NCBI RefSeq assembly: GCF_009914755.1
Contig: NC_060934.1
Source: the human T2T-CHM13v2.0 reference genome, Homo sapiens
DNA: 64,000 nucleotides
Strand: one strand, 5' to 3'
Shown here: piece after piece, positions 16,811-34,299 of the stretch
Layout of the letters: every line of letters begins with the position of its first letter
Position numbering within the stretch: the stretch's first letter is position 1
Notes under the pieces: generated by a model
What the model saw: only the letters and a program-made list of their open reading frames with translations
What the model was told of the DNA's origin: nothing
Database searches by the model: none
Position numbers and translations under genes: made by a program

Positions 16811-18097
16811 ATTTCTCTCAATAAAATTTAATAGTTTATTGTATGGAGGTCTTGCTCATCTTCCGTTGTATTTATTCCTAAGTGTATAATGTTTGCTGAC
16901 TCTATTGTAAATAGTATCATTTAAACATTTTTATATTCTAATTGTTTGGTGCTGATATATAGAAGTACAATAGTTTTGTATATTGACTTTGTGTTCATAT
17001 ATTGATAGATTTTCTTATTTTAATAGACTGTACATTCTCTTGTATGTTTTCTACATATAATTATGTGATTTTTAAGAATAATACTAGATTTATCTCTTTC
17101 TCTCCAAATCTTGTGTCTTTCACTTATTTTTCTTCCCTTATTGCACTAGGTAGACTCTCCAGTATCATGTTGAGTAGACATGAACATCTTTTGATAATGA
17201 CATGAACGTCATCTGATAATGAACATCTTTTTTTTCTTCCCAGTCTCAAGGAAAAAGCTTTCAGTAATTCCCCAATCTGTGTATGATGTTTGCTGTGGGT
17301 TTGGTGTAGATACTCTTTATCAAATTTTGAAAATCCCCTTCTATTTCTAGAGTTTTTAATCACGAGTGAATCTTACCAACTTTACTAAATGGTTCTCAGA
17401 TTTTCTCAAAATGATATATAGTTTTCTCCTTTTTGCTATGAATGTGGTAAAATATATTAATTTTTCAAAGCAATAAACTTTGAGGTGGGATTTAATTACA
17501 GCAAAGTGAGTACGTTTTAAACATACAGTTTGATGACTTTGATAAACAGATATGCCTGTATAACCAGCACTGCAATCAAGATAGAGAATTGTTGATTTAT
17601 TTTTTAATGGTAAACCAACTTTGTATCCCTGGAATGAAACCAACTAGGTCAAGCAATGTTATCCTCTTTTATGTCACTGAATTCTATTTGCTGACTGTTT
17701 AGAATTTTTGCCTATATATTCATGAGAGATATTAGCTTGAAATTTTCCTTTCTTGGTTTATCCTTACCAGCTTTTAATTAATTTTGAGGTTATACTAATT
17801 TCATCAAATACATTTCAAAGCAGTCCCTCTTTTTCCATTTTCTAGAAGAGTTTGGGAGAGACTGCTGTTCTGTCTTCCTAAATATTTGGAAGAATTTTTC
17901 AGTGAAGCCATTTGGGCTTGAGATTTTGGAAGACTTTTAGTTATAGATAGAATGTTCTTTATATATAGTATTATTAAGATTTTATGGGTCTTTTTGTGTC
18001 AATTTTAGTTATGTTCTGTTTTTCAAGGAACGTGTACTTTTCATCTAAATTGTTTTAAATTTATTGACACCAGTAATTAACAAACTTTATCTTTTTA

Positions 18098-18649
<552 letters not shown>

Positions 18650-19072
18650 CTAGATTTGTTTGCATTTTCTAGAATGTTATACAGTCTCATGCGTCACTGA
18701 ACAACTAGGATGTGTTCTGAGACATGCATTGTTAGGCTGTTTCATCCTCGTGCAAACATCATAGGGGGTGCTTACACAAACCTAGATGGCATAGCCTACT
18801 ACACACCTGGGCTATATGGTACAGTGTATCCCTCCTGGACTACAAACCTGTACAGCATGTTCCTGTACTGAATATCATAGGCAGTTGTAACACAATGGTA
18901 AGTATTCATGTATCTAAACATATATGATGTAAAAGATAAAAAAAAAGGATACACCTGTACAGGGCACTTATCATGCATGGAACTTGCAGGACTAGAAGTT
19001 GCTCTGGTGAGTCAGTGAGTGAATGGTGCGTGAATGTTAAGGCCTAGGACGTTACTGGGCAGCACTGTAGAC

Positions 19073-19370
19073 TTTTTTTTTTTTTTTGAAACGGAGTTTC
19101 ACTCTTGTTGCCTAGGCTGGAGTGCAACGGCGCAATCTCGGTTCACCGCATCTCCGCCTCTCCGGTTCAACTGATTCTCCTGCCTCAGCCTCCTGAGTAG
19201 CTGGGATTACAGGCATGTGTCAGTGCGCCCGGCTAATTTTTTGTAATTTTAGTAGAGACGGGGTTTCTCCATGTTGGTCAGGCTGATCTCAAACTCCCGA
19301 CCTCAGGTGATCCACCCGCCTTGGCCTCCCAAAGTGTTGGGATTACAGGCGTGAGTCACTGCACCCAGCC
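19073..19370 (-). mobile_element. AluSp-like inside Tigger3b
   Basis: gagtttcactcttgttgcc, ggggtttctccatgttggtcagg; TSD actgtagacttt. Confidence 0.9.
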
Positions 19371-19647
19371 TACTGTAGACTTTATAAACGCTGTGTACTT
19401 AGGCTACACTCAAATGTTCTTTCTTCAATAACAAATAAACTTTAGCTTACTACAAGTATTTACTTTATAATTTTTTTAATTTTTAAAACTTGACTTTTTC
19501 ATAACACTTAGCTTAAAACACAAACACGTTATACAAGTGTACAAAAATATTTTCTTTATAATCTGTTCTATAAGCTCTTATCCTGTTTCTAAAAAGTTTA
19601 TGTTAATTTTTTACTTTTTAAACCTTTTTGTTAAAAACTAAGCCACA

Positions 19648-20000
<353 letters not shown>

Positions 20001-20803
20001 CTAGGTCCACACAGGGTCAGGACCATCAATGTCACTATCTTCCACCTCCACATCTTGTCCCACTGGAAGGCCTTCAGGGGCAATGACACCCATGAAGCCA
20101 TCTCCTATGATAACAATGGCTTCTTCTGGAATACCTCCTGAAGGTCCTGCTTGAGGCTGTGAACTTTTTTTTTATAAGTAGAAGGAAAACACTATAAAAT
20201 AAAGATTAAAAGTATATAATAGTACATAAGCCAGTAACAGTCATTTATTATTCATTATTAAGTATTATGTACTGAATGTAATTGCATGTATTACACTTTT
20301 ATCCAACAGACGCACAGTAGGGTTTTTTTTTACACCAACCACACCACAAACACATGTGTTGTGCTATAGAATCACTAGACAATAGGACTTTTTCAGTCCT
20401 GTCTTTTCAGCTCCATTATAATCCTTTGGGACCACTATCTTATATGTGGTCTGTTGTAGACTGAAACGTTGTTAAGTGGTGCCTGACTGTATATATAGAA
20501 TGTTATATAAATAAATCATGGAGTCTGTACTCCTTTTTTTCTGGATTCTTTCATGCATCATAATTATTCAGAGATTCACCCATGTTGTTGCATGTATCAG
20601 TAGGTCTTTTTGTTGATTGCTGAGTGATATTCCATTCATGGATTACCAAAATTTGTTTTTCTATTCATCTTTTCATAGACATTTGGGTTGTTTTTAGTAA
20701 CTTTATAAAGTTACTATAAATATTCCTGTACAAGTCTGTATGGGAGAATATACTTTCATTTCTTTTAAGTAAATAAATTCCTGGGAATAGAATGGCTAGG
20801 TAA

Positions 20804-21217
<414 letters not shown>

Positions 21218-23134
21218 TAATGGTATCTCATTGTGATTTTAACTTTCATTTCCCCAGTGACTAAGGATGGTGAGCATTGTTTCATATGCTTATTTGTCCT
21301 TCATTTATCTTCTTTAGTGAAAAGTCTGTTCAAACCTTTGGCCCATATTTTTAAAACCGGGTTGTTTTATTATTGACTTGTGAGTATTCTTTAAATATTC
21401 TGGATACAAGTCCTTTGTCAGATACATATTTCATAGATACTTTCTCCAAATCTATTACTTATATTTTCATTTTCAAAATAGTGTAGTTTGAATATCAGAA
21501 GTTTTTTATTTTGATGTTCAATGTGTTGACTTTTTTCTTCTTTTCAGTTCATTCCTTGTGTGTCCTACTTAATAATCTTGCCAAAGCAAGATGACTATGA
21601 TTTTTCCTCTATGTTTTCTTCTGGGAGATTTATTGTTTTAGCTCTCACATTTATATTTATGATTAATTTTGAGTTAAGTTTTAAATATATATGTGAGGTA
21701 AGGGTTAAGATTCATGTTTTGCATATAGATATCCAATTATTCAGTATGATGTGTTGAAAAGAGTATTCTATTTCCCTTGAATTGCTTTTGGCACCGTTGT
21801 CAAACATCAACCATATGTGTGTGTTTATTTTGGGACTCAATATTCTGTTCCTTTAAACCATATTCCTATTTTATACTAATATATTATCTTGATTAGATAA
21901 TTCATTTTTACTAAGTCTTGACATAAGGTAATGTAAGTTCTCTAGCTTTGTTCATTTTTTTCAAAGTTATTTTGACTACTCTAGCTCCTTTGCACTTTCA
22001 TATTAATTTTAAAATCAGCTTGACAGTTTTTGTAGAAAAATCTCGTGGAATTTTGATAAGGATTGTCTTCAATGTACAGGCCAATTTGGGAAGAATTTAC
22101 ATCTTAACAAGATTGAGTCTTCTGATCCATGAATATGGTATATCTTTCCATTCATTTAGGTCCGTTTAAATGTCTTTCATAAATGTTTCCTGTAGTTTTG
22201 CACAGTGTTTAGAAAATTTATCTCTAAGGCTTTCATATTAACACTATTGTAAGAGGTATTATTTTAACTTTGATTTCTGATTGTTCTTTGCTATTATGTA
22301 GAAATACAATATTAATTTTTTTACATTGACTTTGTATTATACAACCTTAGTAGAACTCAATTGTACTTCTAGAAACTTTTTTATAGATTCCTTAGGAATC
22401 TACATAGGCAATCATATCACCTGTAAAAAAAGACAATTTTATTTCTTCCTTTCTATCTGTATGCCTGTTTTTGTTCTTGCCTTATTACACTGAATACAAT
22501 ATTCAGTACATTGTTGATCAGAAGTGGTGAGAGAGTGGACCTTCTTGCCTTGTTCTAGAATACAGGAGGAAATAACTTAATCTTTCATTATTAAATAAAA
22601 TTTTAACTATAGGTTTTTTATAGATACCCTTTATCATGTTGAGGAGGTTCCTTTTATATCTAGTTTGATGATAAATTTTATCAGGAATAGATGTTTTATT
22701 TTATCAAATGTTTAGTTTGCCCTTCTTTTCCTAGTTTCACAGGTGGAAATTTAAGTCATTGGTTTAAGACTTTTTTTTCTAAGTGTTTAGTGCTATAAAT
22801 TTCTCTCTAATTATTGCTTTAGCTGCATCTCAGAAATTTTGATATGTTGTGTTTTAAACTTCATTCAGTTCAAAATACTTTCTAATTTTCCCTTTGAGTT
22901 CTTCTTTGACCTATGGATTATTTAGAACTGTGTTCTTTGTTTTGCAAATATTTGAGGATTTTCTAGATATCTTCCTGTTACTGTTTTCTAACTTAATTCC
23001 ATTGTTATCAGAGAAAATGCTTTGTATGATTTTAGTTCTTTTAAATTATTGAGACCTGTTTTATGGCTCACAATATGATCTCTCTTGGTAAAAATTTTTT
23101 AAAAGTCTTTATGATTGTATTTTATGTCTATTTT

Positions 23135-24266
23135 TAAAAATTTCAACTTTTATTTCAGATTTAGGGGGTACATGTACAGGTCTGTTACATGGATATATTA
23201 CATGATGCTCAGGTGCGGTACAATGGACCCTGTCACCCCGGTACTGAGCATAGTACTCAATAGGTAGTTTTCCAGCCCTTGTCTCCCTCCCTCCCCACTC
23301 TAGTAGTCCCTACTTTCTATTATTCCCATCTTTATGTTCATGTGTACCCAATGTTTAGCTTCCATTTATAAGTGAGAACATACGGTATTTGGTTTTCTGT
23401 TTCTGCATTAATTCACTTAGGATAATGGTCTCCATCTGCATTCATGTTGCTGCAAAGAACATAATATATATATTTTTTAATGGCTGTGTGGGATTCCATG
23501 GTATATATGCACTACATTTTCTTTATCCAATCCACCACTGATGGACACCTAGGTTGATTCCATGTCTTTGCTATTGTGAATAGTGCTGTGATGAACATAT
23601 GCCTGCATGTGTCTTCTTGGTAGAATGATTTATTTTCCTGTGGGTATATACCCAGTGATGGGCTTGTTGGGTCAAATGGTATAGTGCAATTTTCAGTTCT
23701 TTGAGAAATCTCCAAACTGCTTTCCACAGTGGCTGAACTAATTTACATTCCCACCAACAGTGTGTAAGTGTTCCCTTTTCTCCACAGCCTTGCCAACATT
23801 TCTTACTTTTTGACTTTTTAATAATAGCCATTCTGGCTAATATAAGATGGTATCTCACTGTGGTTTTGATTTGCATTTTTCCGATGATCAGTGATGTTAA
23901 ACATTTTTGCATATGTTTGTTGGCCACTTGTATATCTTCTGTTGAAAAGTATTTGCTCGTGTACTTTTTCTACTTTTTAATGGAGTTGTTTTTTGCTTGT
24001 TGATTTGTTTAAGTTCCTTATAGATTTGGGGGTATTATACCTTTGTTGGATGCATAGTTTTTGTGTTTACTCTGTTGATAGTTTCTTTTGCTGGGCAGAA
24101 GCTCTTAAGTTTGATTAGGTTCCACTTGTCAATTTTTGTTTTTATTGCAATTGCTTTTGAGGACAATCACAAAATTTTTTGAAAAGACTGATATCCAGAA
24201 AGATATTTCCTAGGTTTCTTCTAGGATTTTTATAGTTTTAGGCCTTACATTTAAGTCTTTAATCCA
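23135..24266 (-). mobile_element. L1PB-type 3' ~1.1 kb
   Basis: ttcaacttttatttcagatttagggggtacatgtacagg; ORF 23571..23927 is the L1 ORF2 C-terminal CCHC region ([14 protein letters not shown]); candidate TSD cttggtaaa. Confidence 0.85.
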
Positions 24267-27200
24267 CTTGGTAAATGTTTATTATGTTTTTAGTATCTAT
24301 AGAATTTGTTGTGATGGCCCTCTTTTCATATCAGATATTGATAATTTGTATATTTCTCTTCTTTCTTTCCTCGATCAGCATTGATAGAGGTTTATTTTAT
24401 TCATTTTTTTAAAAAACACCTTTTGACTTGACACACCTGTTGATATTTTTCAATTGTATGTTTTCTATTTCATTAATTTTTCTCTTCGTTATTTCCTTCT
24501 ACTTTCTTCAAGAATTGATATTCTTTTTCTAACCTCTTGAAATGGGTATTTAGATATCTGATTTCCAGGCTTTCTTCTTTTCTGATTTAGAGCTATACGT
24601 TTCCTTTAACTGCATCCCATGAGTTTTGAAATAATATGCATGAGTATGGTGTATTGGGTCAGGAGTGGGGGTGGCTTTATCAGACATTCTAGTAGGAGAC
24701 AGGTGGGTGGAGAAAGTGAGGAGGCCTAGGGAACAGTTGCCACTCTCTCCATGAGGGGCAAAGGGTCTGAGCTCTGGTGATATCAAGAAGATGGAGTGGA
24801 AAGAGTGTCCATAAGAACAAATATGGTAGCAAGAGAATTAATTATTCATCTGGTTCACCTAGCTAGAGAAGGAGATGAAAGAAGATGTGAGAAGCAGCCC
24901 ATTGCAGTTTGGAATCCACGGTGATTTATACAGAAATATGGCACCTGTGGAAGATGATCTTATTTTGGATTAATTATGGTGAATTTAGAGAGATCAACTC
25001 GTTTATCAGGAGCTCAGGGGTTTGGTGTATTTCAGAAGCCATCTTGCTAGAGTGATCCACTGTGCCTCCACACTTGGCTCAGTTATCCCCAAGGAAACCC
25101 TCCAAGAGTACCCTCTCTCCCCACAGTCTGATTCAGATGCTCAGTCTCTGGGCTCCATAGTATTGCATGCCCATCTCTGTAAGCTTTCTCACTTGTAAAT
25201 AAAATAATTATTGGGATTATCTGTTCCTAAGCATGGCTCCCGCACTGGCCATTTGCAGCAAGGGCTGTGTCTTACTCCCTTTACCCTCCCAGTCCTCAAT
25301 CTTTCATTAAAGAACAGCTTCTAGCTGTTGACTAAGTACTGAATGAATGGTGCTTTGAATGTTCTTTAATGGTGGTTTTAACCTCTGAAATATTTCACTT
25401 TAACTCTGAAAATTACTCTAAATTGCATGTCAGGTACACAGTGTAAGAAGGAATATAGTGACTTTCTGGCCAGTTGTTTAGTGTTAAATGGAAACAAGTG
25501 TCATGTTTACAGAGTGATAGCTTGAAGTGCACAAAGCATGGGCTGGTTTCAGTCCTGCTGGGTATGGATTTGATCTTGATTTGCAACTTTCTCCCTCCAG
25601 CCTTAGGCATTACGGTGTGTGTGCTACATTTCAAGTGGAACAGTCTTCTCAGGGCCTAGGGATGACTCTCCAGTTGCTTTGTGTATGCTCAGGCTCAGCA
25701 GGAGATTGACAAGTAGCTTCTTGTTGCTTCTTATGTGTCCTTTTATGGTATGTGGGACAGGGCTGGATCTGAATGACTGCTAGAAGGGTGGAGAATTCAG
25801 TCCTCAATCAGGTGAAATTGGTCAGTATTATTAGAAGCAGAAAATGTCTTCCCACCTTCAAAAACCCTTCTGCAGGAGGATAGTGTAGAACTCTTCTTGT
25901 GATTATACTAATTGAAATGAGTGGCAGTTTGGGAGCTACAGGACAGCAAAATGCATTCAGTTCATGTCAGTTTGTAAATTACTCACTTTACTAAATCAAA
26001 GAAGGTCGATGCTGGAAAGTGCCTTAGAGATCATCTGGTCTCACCCTTTCATTTTGCAGTTGAATAAGCTAAGGCCCAGGGATAATGAGGAGGTTACTTA
26101 GGCTCCTTTTGCAAATTGATGGTGGTCCTGGGGTTGACCTTGGTCTTCTAGGTCTTCTGACACTCTTAGCTCTTAGGATCAAGGGCAAATCATAACAGAC
26201 ATGTAATTCTAATCCTTAGCTGATTTATAATCACTAAATAGGTATCTCTCAGACACTGAAGGGTAGATTCTGGCAATGAGCTTCCACCTCACCAGAGGGA
26301 AGTAATTTGAATGTAGCCAATGAAGCCAATTCCCATATGATCCCAACTTCTAGATTCCCCTGATTCTCCAGCTGAGTCTCTTCTTTCCTGTGCCCTACCC
26401 AAATCTGACCCAGCCTTTACAGAGCTTGACAAAGCCGGTTCCAGAAAGCCTTCTCTGATCTCACTTGTGCACTGGATGAATTCCTCCTCTTAGCTCCTCT
26501 TTGCGGAGAGAAAAAGAGCATGTGCTGGCTGCATGGGTGTGCACTGGTGAACCCAACAGCACCTTCCCCCACCCATTCCCCCCACATACTATTCCCAAGG
26601 GACCGCAGGGGGAAACTTTTAAGGAGAGCTTCCCTGCCATGCCCTGTACCATGGGTGCCCTGAGCCCACTGATTTCTTGAGGGCAATGTGCTATGATGCT
26701 GTGTCCCCAGGGTGGGCGAGGCCATGTGCCTCTTGTGATTCATGAATGGCATTTGCAGATGTAGCCAGAGTTAGCATGAAACTGGGCAACCCTGGTGTGT
26801 CAACACTGATCTCTTTACCAGCACATTAATTTTGAAATATCCCATGAGTCATGGACATTAGGGCCATTAAATTGTTCTCTTTTAGAATAGCTCAACAAAG
26901 CCTTGTGCAGGGAGGTTGGTATATTCTGGGTCAAGAGGATTTCTCATTATCTGACGTTCATGCTTCTTGCCTTGTTGTGTCTTCTCTTGCTCTGAGAGGT
27001 GATGACTCTGCTCCCCTTTAACTTGGATCTCTGGAACCTGAGTCTCTCTTGTTCTCAAGGTCCCTAAATATTATGCTTAGTTCTTACTAACTTTCCACTT
27101 CCGCCATGTTGCTTCTTGGCTTCCCAGGCATATTGAGAAGCACCAAAACATACCTTCAACAATAAGCATGGAGAAGTGGAAGGAGCACAAGAGTCTGGGT

Positions 27201-27962
27201 GTAGGAGTTTCTTAAAAAGGGCAGCTGTGGTTATGATTAGACAGGATTTCCCTTTGTGCTAGGGTCAGGACCATCTTGACAGACAGAAGGACATTGAACT
27301 TGGTCTCAGTGAAAAGCTGATAGGTCATGGTGACAGCAGACAGGACCACATGGGCATGGAGATAGTGGCATAGACTGGCCTGTATGTGCAGCAAGTGTGT
27401 GTGAGCATGTGCACCAGGGCTGGCCCTACTGGCCTAGAAGATAAGTTGTGGGTGAATGGAGGGATGGGATGATGGAAATGAGGCTGGAAAGTTGGCAGGG
27501 ACCAGGTCATTCATCCAATTAATTCACCCAACATATTGCAAGTTAAGTGCCAGGCACTATAAAAGACACCAAGAGTACAACAATAAACAATGCAGACACA
27601 AACCCTGTCATCATGGAGCTTGCAATCTAGGAGCAGAGACAAGCAATAAATCAGATGTATGTTAGAAGAAGTCAGCCCCGAGTCTCAGCCCCACCTCTGC
27701 CATTCACTGCCTGTAGACTTTGGGCAAGCACCCTAAGCACCGTGCATGGAGGTAACAACACACACTCACCAGGACTGATGGGTAGGTCAGCCCTGACTCA
27801 AAGAAAAGGCCCAGGACAGCATGTGACAGGGGTTCTAAAATGTGGTGACCTTTGGTAGGTTATGATGTGGGGGTGGCAGCAGGAATTATTGTTTCATTTA
27901 CCACACTTGAGTGTTAGGAGCCAAGAGGACCATTTCCTGGTTTTGTATATATAGATAGATAG

Positions 27963-28352
<390 letters not shown>

Positions 28353-28459
28353 TGAGTTATTGCCCTAAAATGTGTATTTTTTTCAAACGTTGTCTTAAAA
28401 TTTAATATGTTAGTTCAGGTGTTTCTCAAATAAGCAAAGTCACTTTTAACCCTAATGTC

Positions 28460-28785
28460 TTTTTTCAACTGGGGCAAAATATGCATAGCATGAATTTTTC
28501 CCATGTGAACCATTCTTACGTGTTCAGTTCAGTGGCGTTAAGTTTATTCGCATTGTTGTGCAGCCATCTCCAGAACTTTTCCATCTTCCCAAACTGAAAC
28601 TCTACCCATGAAACAACTCCCATTCCCCTTCCCCAGCCCCTGGCAGCCACCGTTCTACTTTCTGTCTCTACGAATTTGATGACTCTAGGTACCTCATAGA
28701 GTAGAATCATCCAGCATTCACCCTTGCGCCTGGCTTACTGCTTCCAGGTTCATCATGCTGTAGCATATATGTATGTTAAGGCTAA
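28460..28785 (-). mobile_element. L1MB 3' fragment
   Basis: gttcagttcagtggcgttaag...ccatctccagaactttt...ctaggtacctcatagagtagaatcat. Confidence 0.8.
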
Positions 28786-31289
28786 AATCTGAAGTGCTTG
28801 GACTATCAGAGCTGTGGGCCTGATACTCGCAGGAAGGGTGGAAGGCTCCAGCAGATGACAGGGTAGAGGAAGTGAGAAAGTTGTGGCGAAGAGCACCTCT
28901 AAAATACAATATGTACCCATCAGAGGGAGACTTGTCCCCAGGTACTGTCTTTCCGAGTCTATGGGAGATTTGTCCCCAGGGTCTGGCAAGTAGGACCCAG
29001 GGCCAACCTGGATGTATCTTTCAGTAGCAAGGAACTGTGAACTGTCTTCCCTAGAGGGGTCATGCCCCAGGGTTTCTCAGTGAACTTTGGGAGGCATAGA
29101 CCATCGCCTGAAGGTGTCTCAAAAAAATAAGTGCTAAACCAAAAGAGGTCTTTGCACAAACAGAGCGCAGTACCAGGGAAACCATGCCAGTCTTTGAGTC
29201 CACCAGTGTAGCCAAGCACTGTAGTCCCCAGACTTAGCAGCTGCTTGCTCCCTCCCGTCTTACGTGACACCATGTGAATGTACTCACCACTGGACCAGAG
29301 AGGAGCAGGTGCCTCCGCTCCCAGACAGTTAAGTGGCGCCAAGTAAAATGGAAAATGTGCTGGACTAGCCCTGAGTGGCCTGTGTAGGACACTGGCTCTA
29401 AGACAGTGGACCTTGCTAGGCTCCCAGAGCCAGGTTATATTGATCAGTTCTGAGGGTGGACCACAACCCTTAGATCCTTTGAGATTTCAGGAAATCAGAA
29501 GCTGAGGACACCACTTTCTATCTCTGAGGTGGCCCATAACTTGGGTGATTTGGAGGGTGGCAATGATGATGAATACCACCAGGAACAATTGCCTGCATTT
29601 GATGCTGCTTGAGTCCATTCACTTTCCCTGGGGCGGGAGGACAATGGTGGTGCTTATAGATGTTGAGGACTCACTGGGAGCCAGCAGCTGGCCCAAGCCC
29701 TTCCCAAACACTGTCAGCTTTACTCCTCCCTTCTCCCCAAGGCACCACCTGTGGCTACTGCTCCCACTTGACAGAGGAGAGTGAAGCTCTGAGAGGCCCG
29801 GTCACAGGACTGTGGCTGGCTGGGCTGGGACGGGACCCTGGTCTGCCTGCCTCGGGGGCCCCAGCTTGGTTGGATGATGAGATGACTCATGGCCTCTCCA
29901 TGTCATCCACAAAAGTGGGCATCATTGCCACTTCCCAGAGGCCCCAAGGGGTCATAAAGTCCAACAAGCTGTCTCAACAAAGCTGTTTCCAAATCCTCTG
30001 GGACAGGATGGCTGTCCAGAGAGGCCCTGGCTGAATGGCCTTCGAGTCTGAGTGCCTCTCAAAGGGAGGATCAGGGTCTCGGTTCCTCTTGCCCCTGCCA
30101 GCAGCCTTGCCATGCCAAGGCACATCAGCAGAACCGGCGTCTGGAGCTTCCTGGTGGAGGGCAATGCTTTCCTCCAGATGGGGCCTTTCCTTTCTGGAAC
30201 TGAATCTGTATTTCAGCCACAGCTCCAGCCGGGGCCCACTGCTTAGGGCAGCACCCGGCTGTGGAGCGCTGGCCATAGGTGCTGGCTTGTCCCCAGAGCA
30301 CTGGGCAAGGCTAGGGAGGACGGCGTCAGCTTGGCCCCTTCTTGCCCCTTGGAACCTGCTGCCCAGCCATGATGACGCCTCAGCTGTTCCTCCATGACAT
30401 GATGAAAAATAGGCAGAAGAAGGAGGAGGCTCAGATCATCTGAGGAAAGGAAGTGAGCGAGTGTTATTTGTCCCACGAAGATGTCAGTGTTTTCAGGGCA
30501 CAGGCACCGCACCCACCAGCCCCGGCTCCACTTACCCTCGGTAATGGAGGGCTGGTTCCAGAACCAATAGTTCTGCACTCCTGAAAGCATCCGCCTGACC
30601 TTATTTATGGCTGCTCTGTCCACCTCCAGAGACAGGCACAGGGTAGATACTGGTAAATAACCCTTGAATTGAATCAGAACTCACTTGTCTTTGTGCCTAC
30701 AACTTTTCTGCACCTCTAGGCCTATCTTCTGGGATCACTGGCGTGGAGCAGTTGGGCGGTCCCAGGAATTCCCAGATCTTATGAAAATAAACGGTTCCGG
30801 GAAAGCTGGCGGGCATCTCTGACAGAAGGGACCACAGGGCCAGTGGTGCCCTCTGTCCAGCTGGGACAGGGTGTGACTTGGACACCACTCTTGATTTACG
30901 GAAAAATAATCTACAAGTACCCTGGGTGGGTCCTATGCAGGCTCTGCCTTGAGGGAGTGACTGCATTTCCAAAGGGACTTGGAAAGATTGTTCCCCATTG
31001 TCCCCATTTATGAAAAGTGACCATTTTTGTGAAGTGAGTTATTTCAAAAGAAGGGCAGGGAATGCGTGTCTGTGTGTGCGTGTCTTCTCAAAAAGAACTG
31101 GATCTTCTCAACCCAGCGCTGAACTTCAGCTCCATGAGGAAGTTAACTGGAGCTTGGTATTAACACTGAGTATAGCAGAACTGATCCTGAAACCAGCTGC
31201 TAAAACTAGTTCCCCACACAGCCGTTCTCTTCTTCTTTTTAATTTTTTCAGAAAGCACTTTTGCAGCGCCTAATTTGGTCACTTACTGG

Positions 31290-31440
31290 AAGGGCAGCGT
31301 ATGTACAGGGGGAGTCAGGAGTCCTGGGTTCCAGTCCGAGCTGAGCCTCTTTTTCCCATCTGTAAAATGGAGCTCACTATCCTTGCCCCGTCTGCCCCAC
31401 AAGAAGTTTGTGAGACTCAAGTGAGAAAATGCATATTGAG
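31290..31440 (+). mobile_element. MIR relic
   Basis: ggagtcaggagtcctgggttccagtcc...catctgtaaaatgg. Confidence 0.65.
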
Positions 31441-31621
31441 GTCCTCTGTAAAGTAACATGTGTTCCCATCAGTCACTTAATACACATTTATTGAGCACCT
31501 ACTATGTGCAGAACTCAGTGGTAGATGCCGAGGGGACTATAAGCATTTGTCTCCATTACCATCTCTGGGGCTGGACTTTATAAAATGTCGTCTAAGCCAC
31601 CATCTGCTTCCATGTACCTGA

Positions 31622-31960
<339 letters not shown>

Positions 31961-32454
31961 TGAATCGTGGCATTGTCACTTCCAAGCTGTGTGACTTCGG
32001 GAAAGTCATGTAGCCTCTTGGTCTTACTTTCCCTGTCTGTAAAACGAGGGTAATCTGAGCTCTGATGAAATATAGTGATGGCTAGAATGGGCTTATATAT
32101 TGTGAAGCAGTGTACGGCTGCCAAGGGCTGTTTTATTGGCATCTAATTGTATGTCCTACCTCTTCACATGCTTCACTTCTAGGCCCCTTGTTCTGCAGTT
32201 TGGGAGAAAACTCTGAATTTGTGCTCCCTTAACCTCATGCTCTGGGCACAGGGGATGGTACCTGTAACTGGGAAAGAGGAAGGAAATGTTGGGGAGTATG
32301 TTTTCAGCAGTCCAGGAGGCCACCCAGTGAGATCTTTGCATCTGAAAGGACCTCTGAGAACATTTTCAAAGCCATTTCCAGCTATCCAGATATAATAAGT
32401 AGCTCTAGAATTCAGGACTGGTTGATGGGGCCAGGTAGTTTTGTCCAAGTTGCT

Positions 32455-32956
32455 TCTAAACACTCCAGAAACACTGATTACCTGATCTCAAACCTCCTTT
32501 CCCAGGCAGGATTGCAGCCAGGGGGCCGTGAATGTTGGGGTGAGGCGTGGTTGTAGGGGAACACTAACTCTTCCCCAGGGACCTGGGAAGAGAGATCTAG
32601 AGAAAAGTATGGGGAAAAAAATAAAAATAGAAATTTTAAATTGGAGCTATGTGCAGCCTAAATATCTTCTTCCTTTTTACTTTGTAATTTTTTTGATAAT
32701 ATTGTGAGAACTGAAATATCTTTAAAGAATAAGGAGGACTGGTCAAAGCTGACCTTCGAGGGCCACTGATGGCATTTCCTTTAACAATAGTTCTCAAGGT
32801 ACCTTCCAGGGTTCACTGGGCAGCAATATCTTCTTGCAGGATTGTTAAGAGTATATTTCATTCAAAATAATATGTTACACTTAAATTGTACATTAATATG
32901 TAGTATAGACATTTTTTTAAACTGAAGTTGAAATGGCCATCCAATTTGGAGTGAAT
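32455..32956 (+). repeat. Copy 1 of a ~500-bp local direct duplication
   Basis: Colinear with 35792-36313; shared blocks include ctccagaaacactgattacctgatctcaaacct, gtgcagcctaaatatcttcttccttttt and gtatatttcattcaaaataata. Confidence 0.92.
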
Positions 32957-32992
32957 GTATTGGTTCCTTTGGAAGTTTGTTTGTATAAGGTG

Positions 32993-33233
<241 letters not shown>

Positions 33234-33429
33234 TAAAAGAGAATCGATTTGGAATATAAAAGTAATTGACTCTGAACATAACCACAGTGACCCTGAGACG
33301 TTTTATTTCCACTTTGTCAATCAAACCTTAAAGGAGACCATCCACCCCTTTCCCTTCCCTCAGCTCCGGACTTCTTCCTTTTCCTTTCTGTAAATGAGAC
33401 TTTTGAGGCTCTGGTGTGAATAAAACTAA

Positions 33430-33624
<195 letters not shown>

Positions 33625-34299
33625 TGAAACCTCTAAACCTCTGAGGTCAGGACATATCTGGATCATCTTCCAGGGAAAGTGGGGAGAGCAGTGCCTGGGA
33701 AGGAGAGAAGGGAGGAGACCCAGCCTTGGAATCCGGGTAGTTCGAGCTCCCATCATATGCATTTTTGTTCTTGGTACAGATTAACAAACGTTTGGACCAA
33801 ATAACTCTTCCTCCAGTAATAAATGAGCATGTCTCTCTCTGTGCACCCTCAGCAACATAGGGCATTTAAATTTCAAATCACTTTTCTTAGTTGAGAGGGG
33901 AACAACCGCGTCTCATTTTTTAACATGTATTTCTTTTATTACTGGTGACTATGAATGTTTTCCATGCGGCATTTCCCCTTTGTGAATTGTCCATGCAAAC
34001 TGTGGTAGTTCTTATGTGTTTTCAATCTCGCGTTTTTAGAGATGAAGAGGGGCAGTGTGTGAGTTCTGAAGATGTATGAGTCACTAGTTAAAATTCAATC
34101 CTGCTCAACAAATACCTATTGTAATATGCAAGCCACAGTGCTCAGCGCTCCCCGCACCATAGATCTCGACTCCGTGGAAGGAGGTGCTTTTCTGGGACAT
34201 AACTCAGGACCATGCTCTAACAGAGCAGCAGAGGACTGACAGAGAGGGGACAGTCTGTGCAGACATCTCGGGAAGTCCCCACCTTCCTCTTGGTCCTCT

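Noticed and set aside
23571-23927. 118-aa ORF with a CCHC-like motif
   Set aside because: It is the C-terminal relic of L1 ORF2 in a 5'-truncated L1PB, not a host gene.
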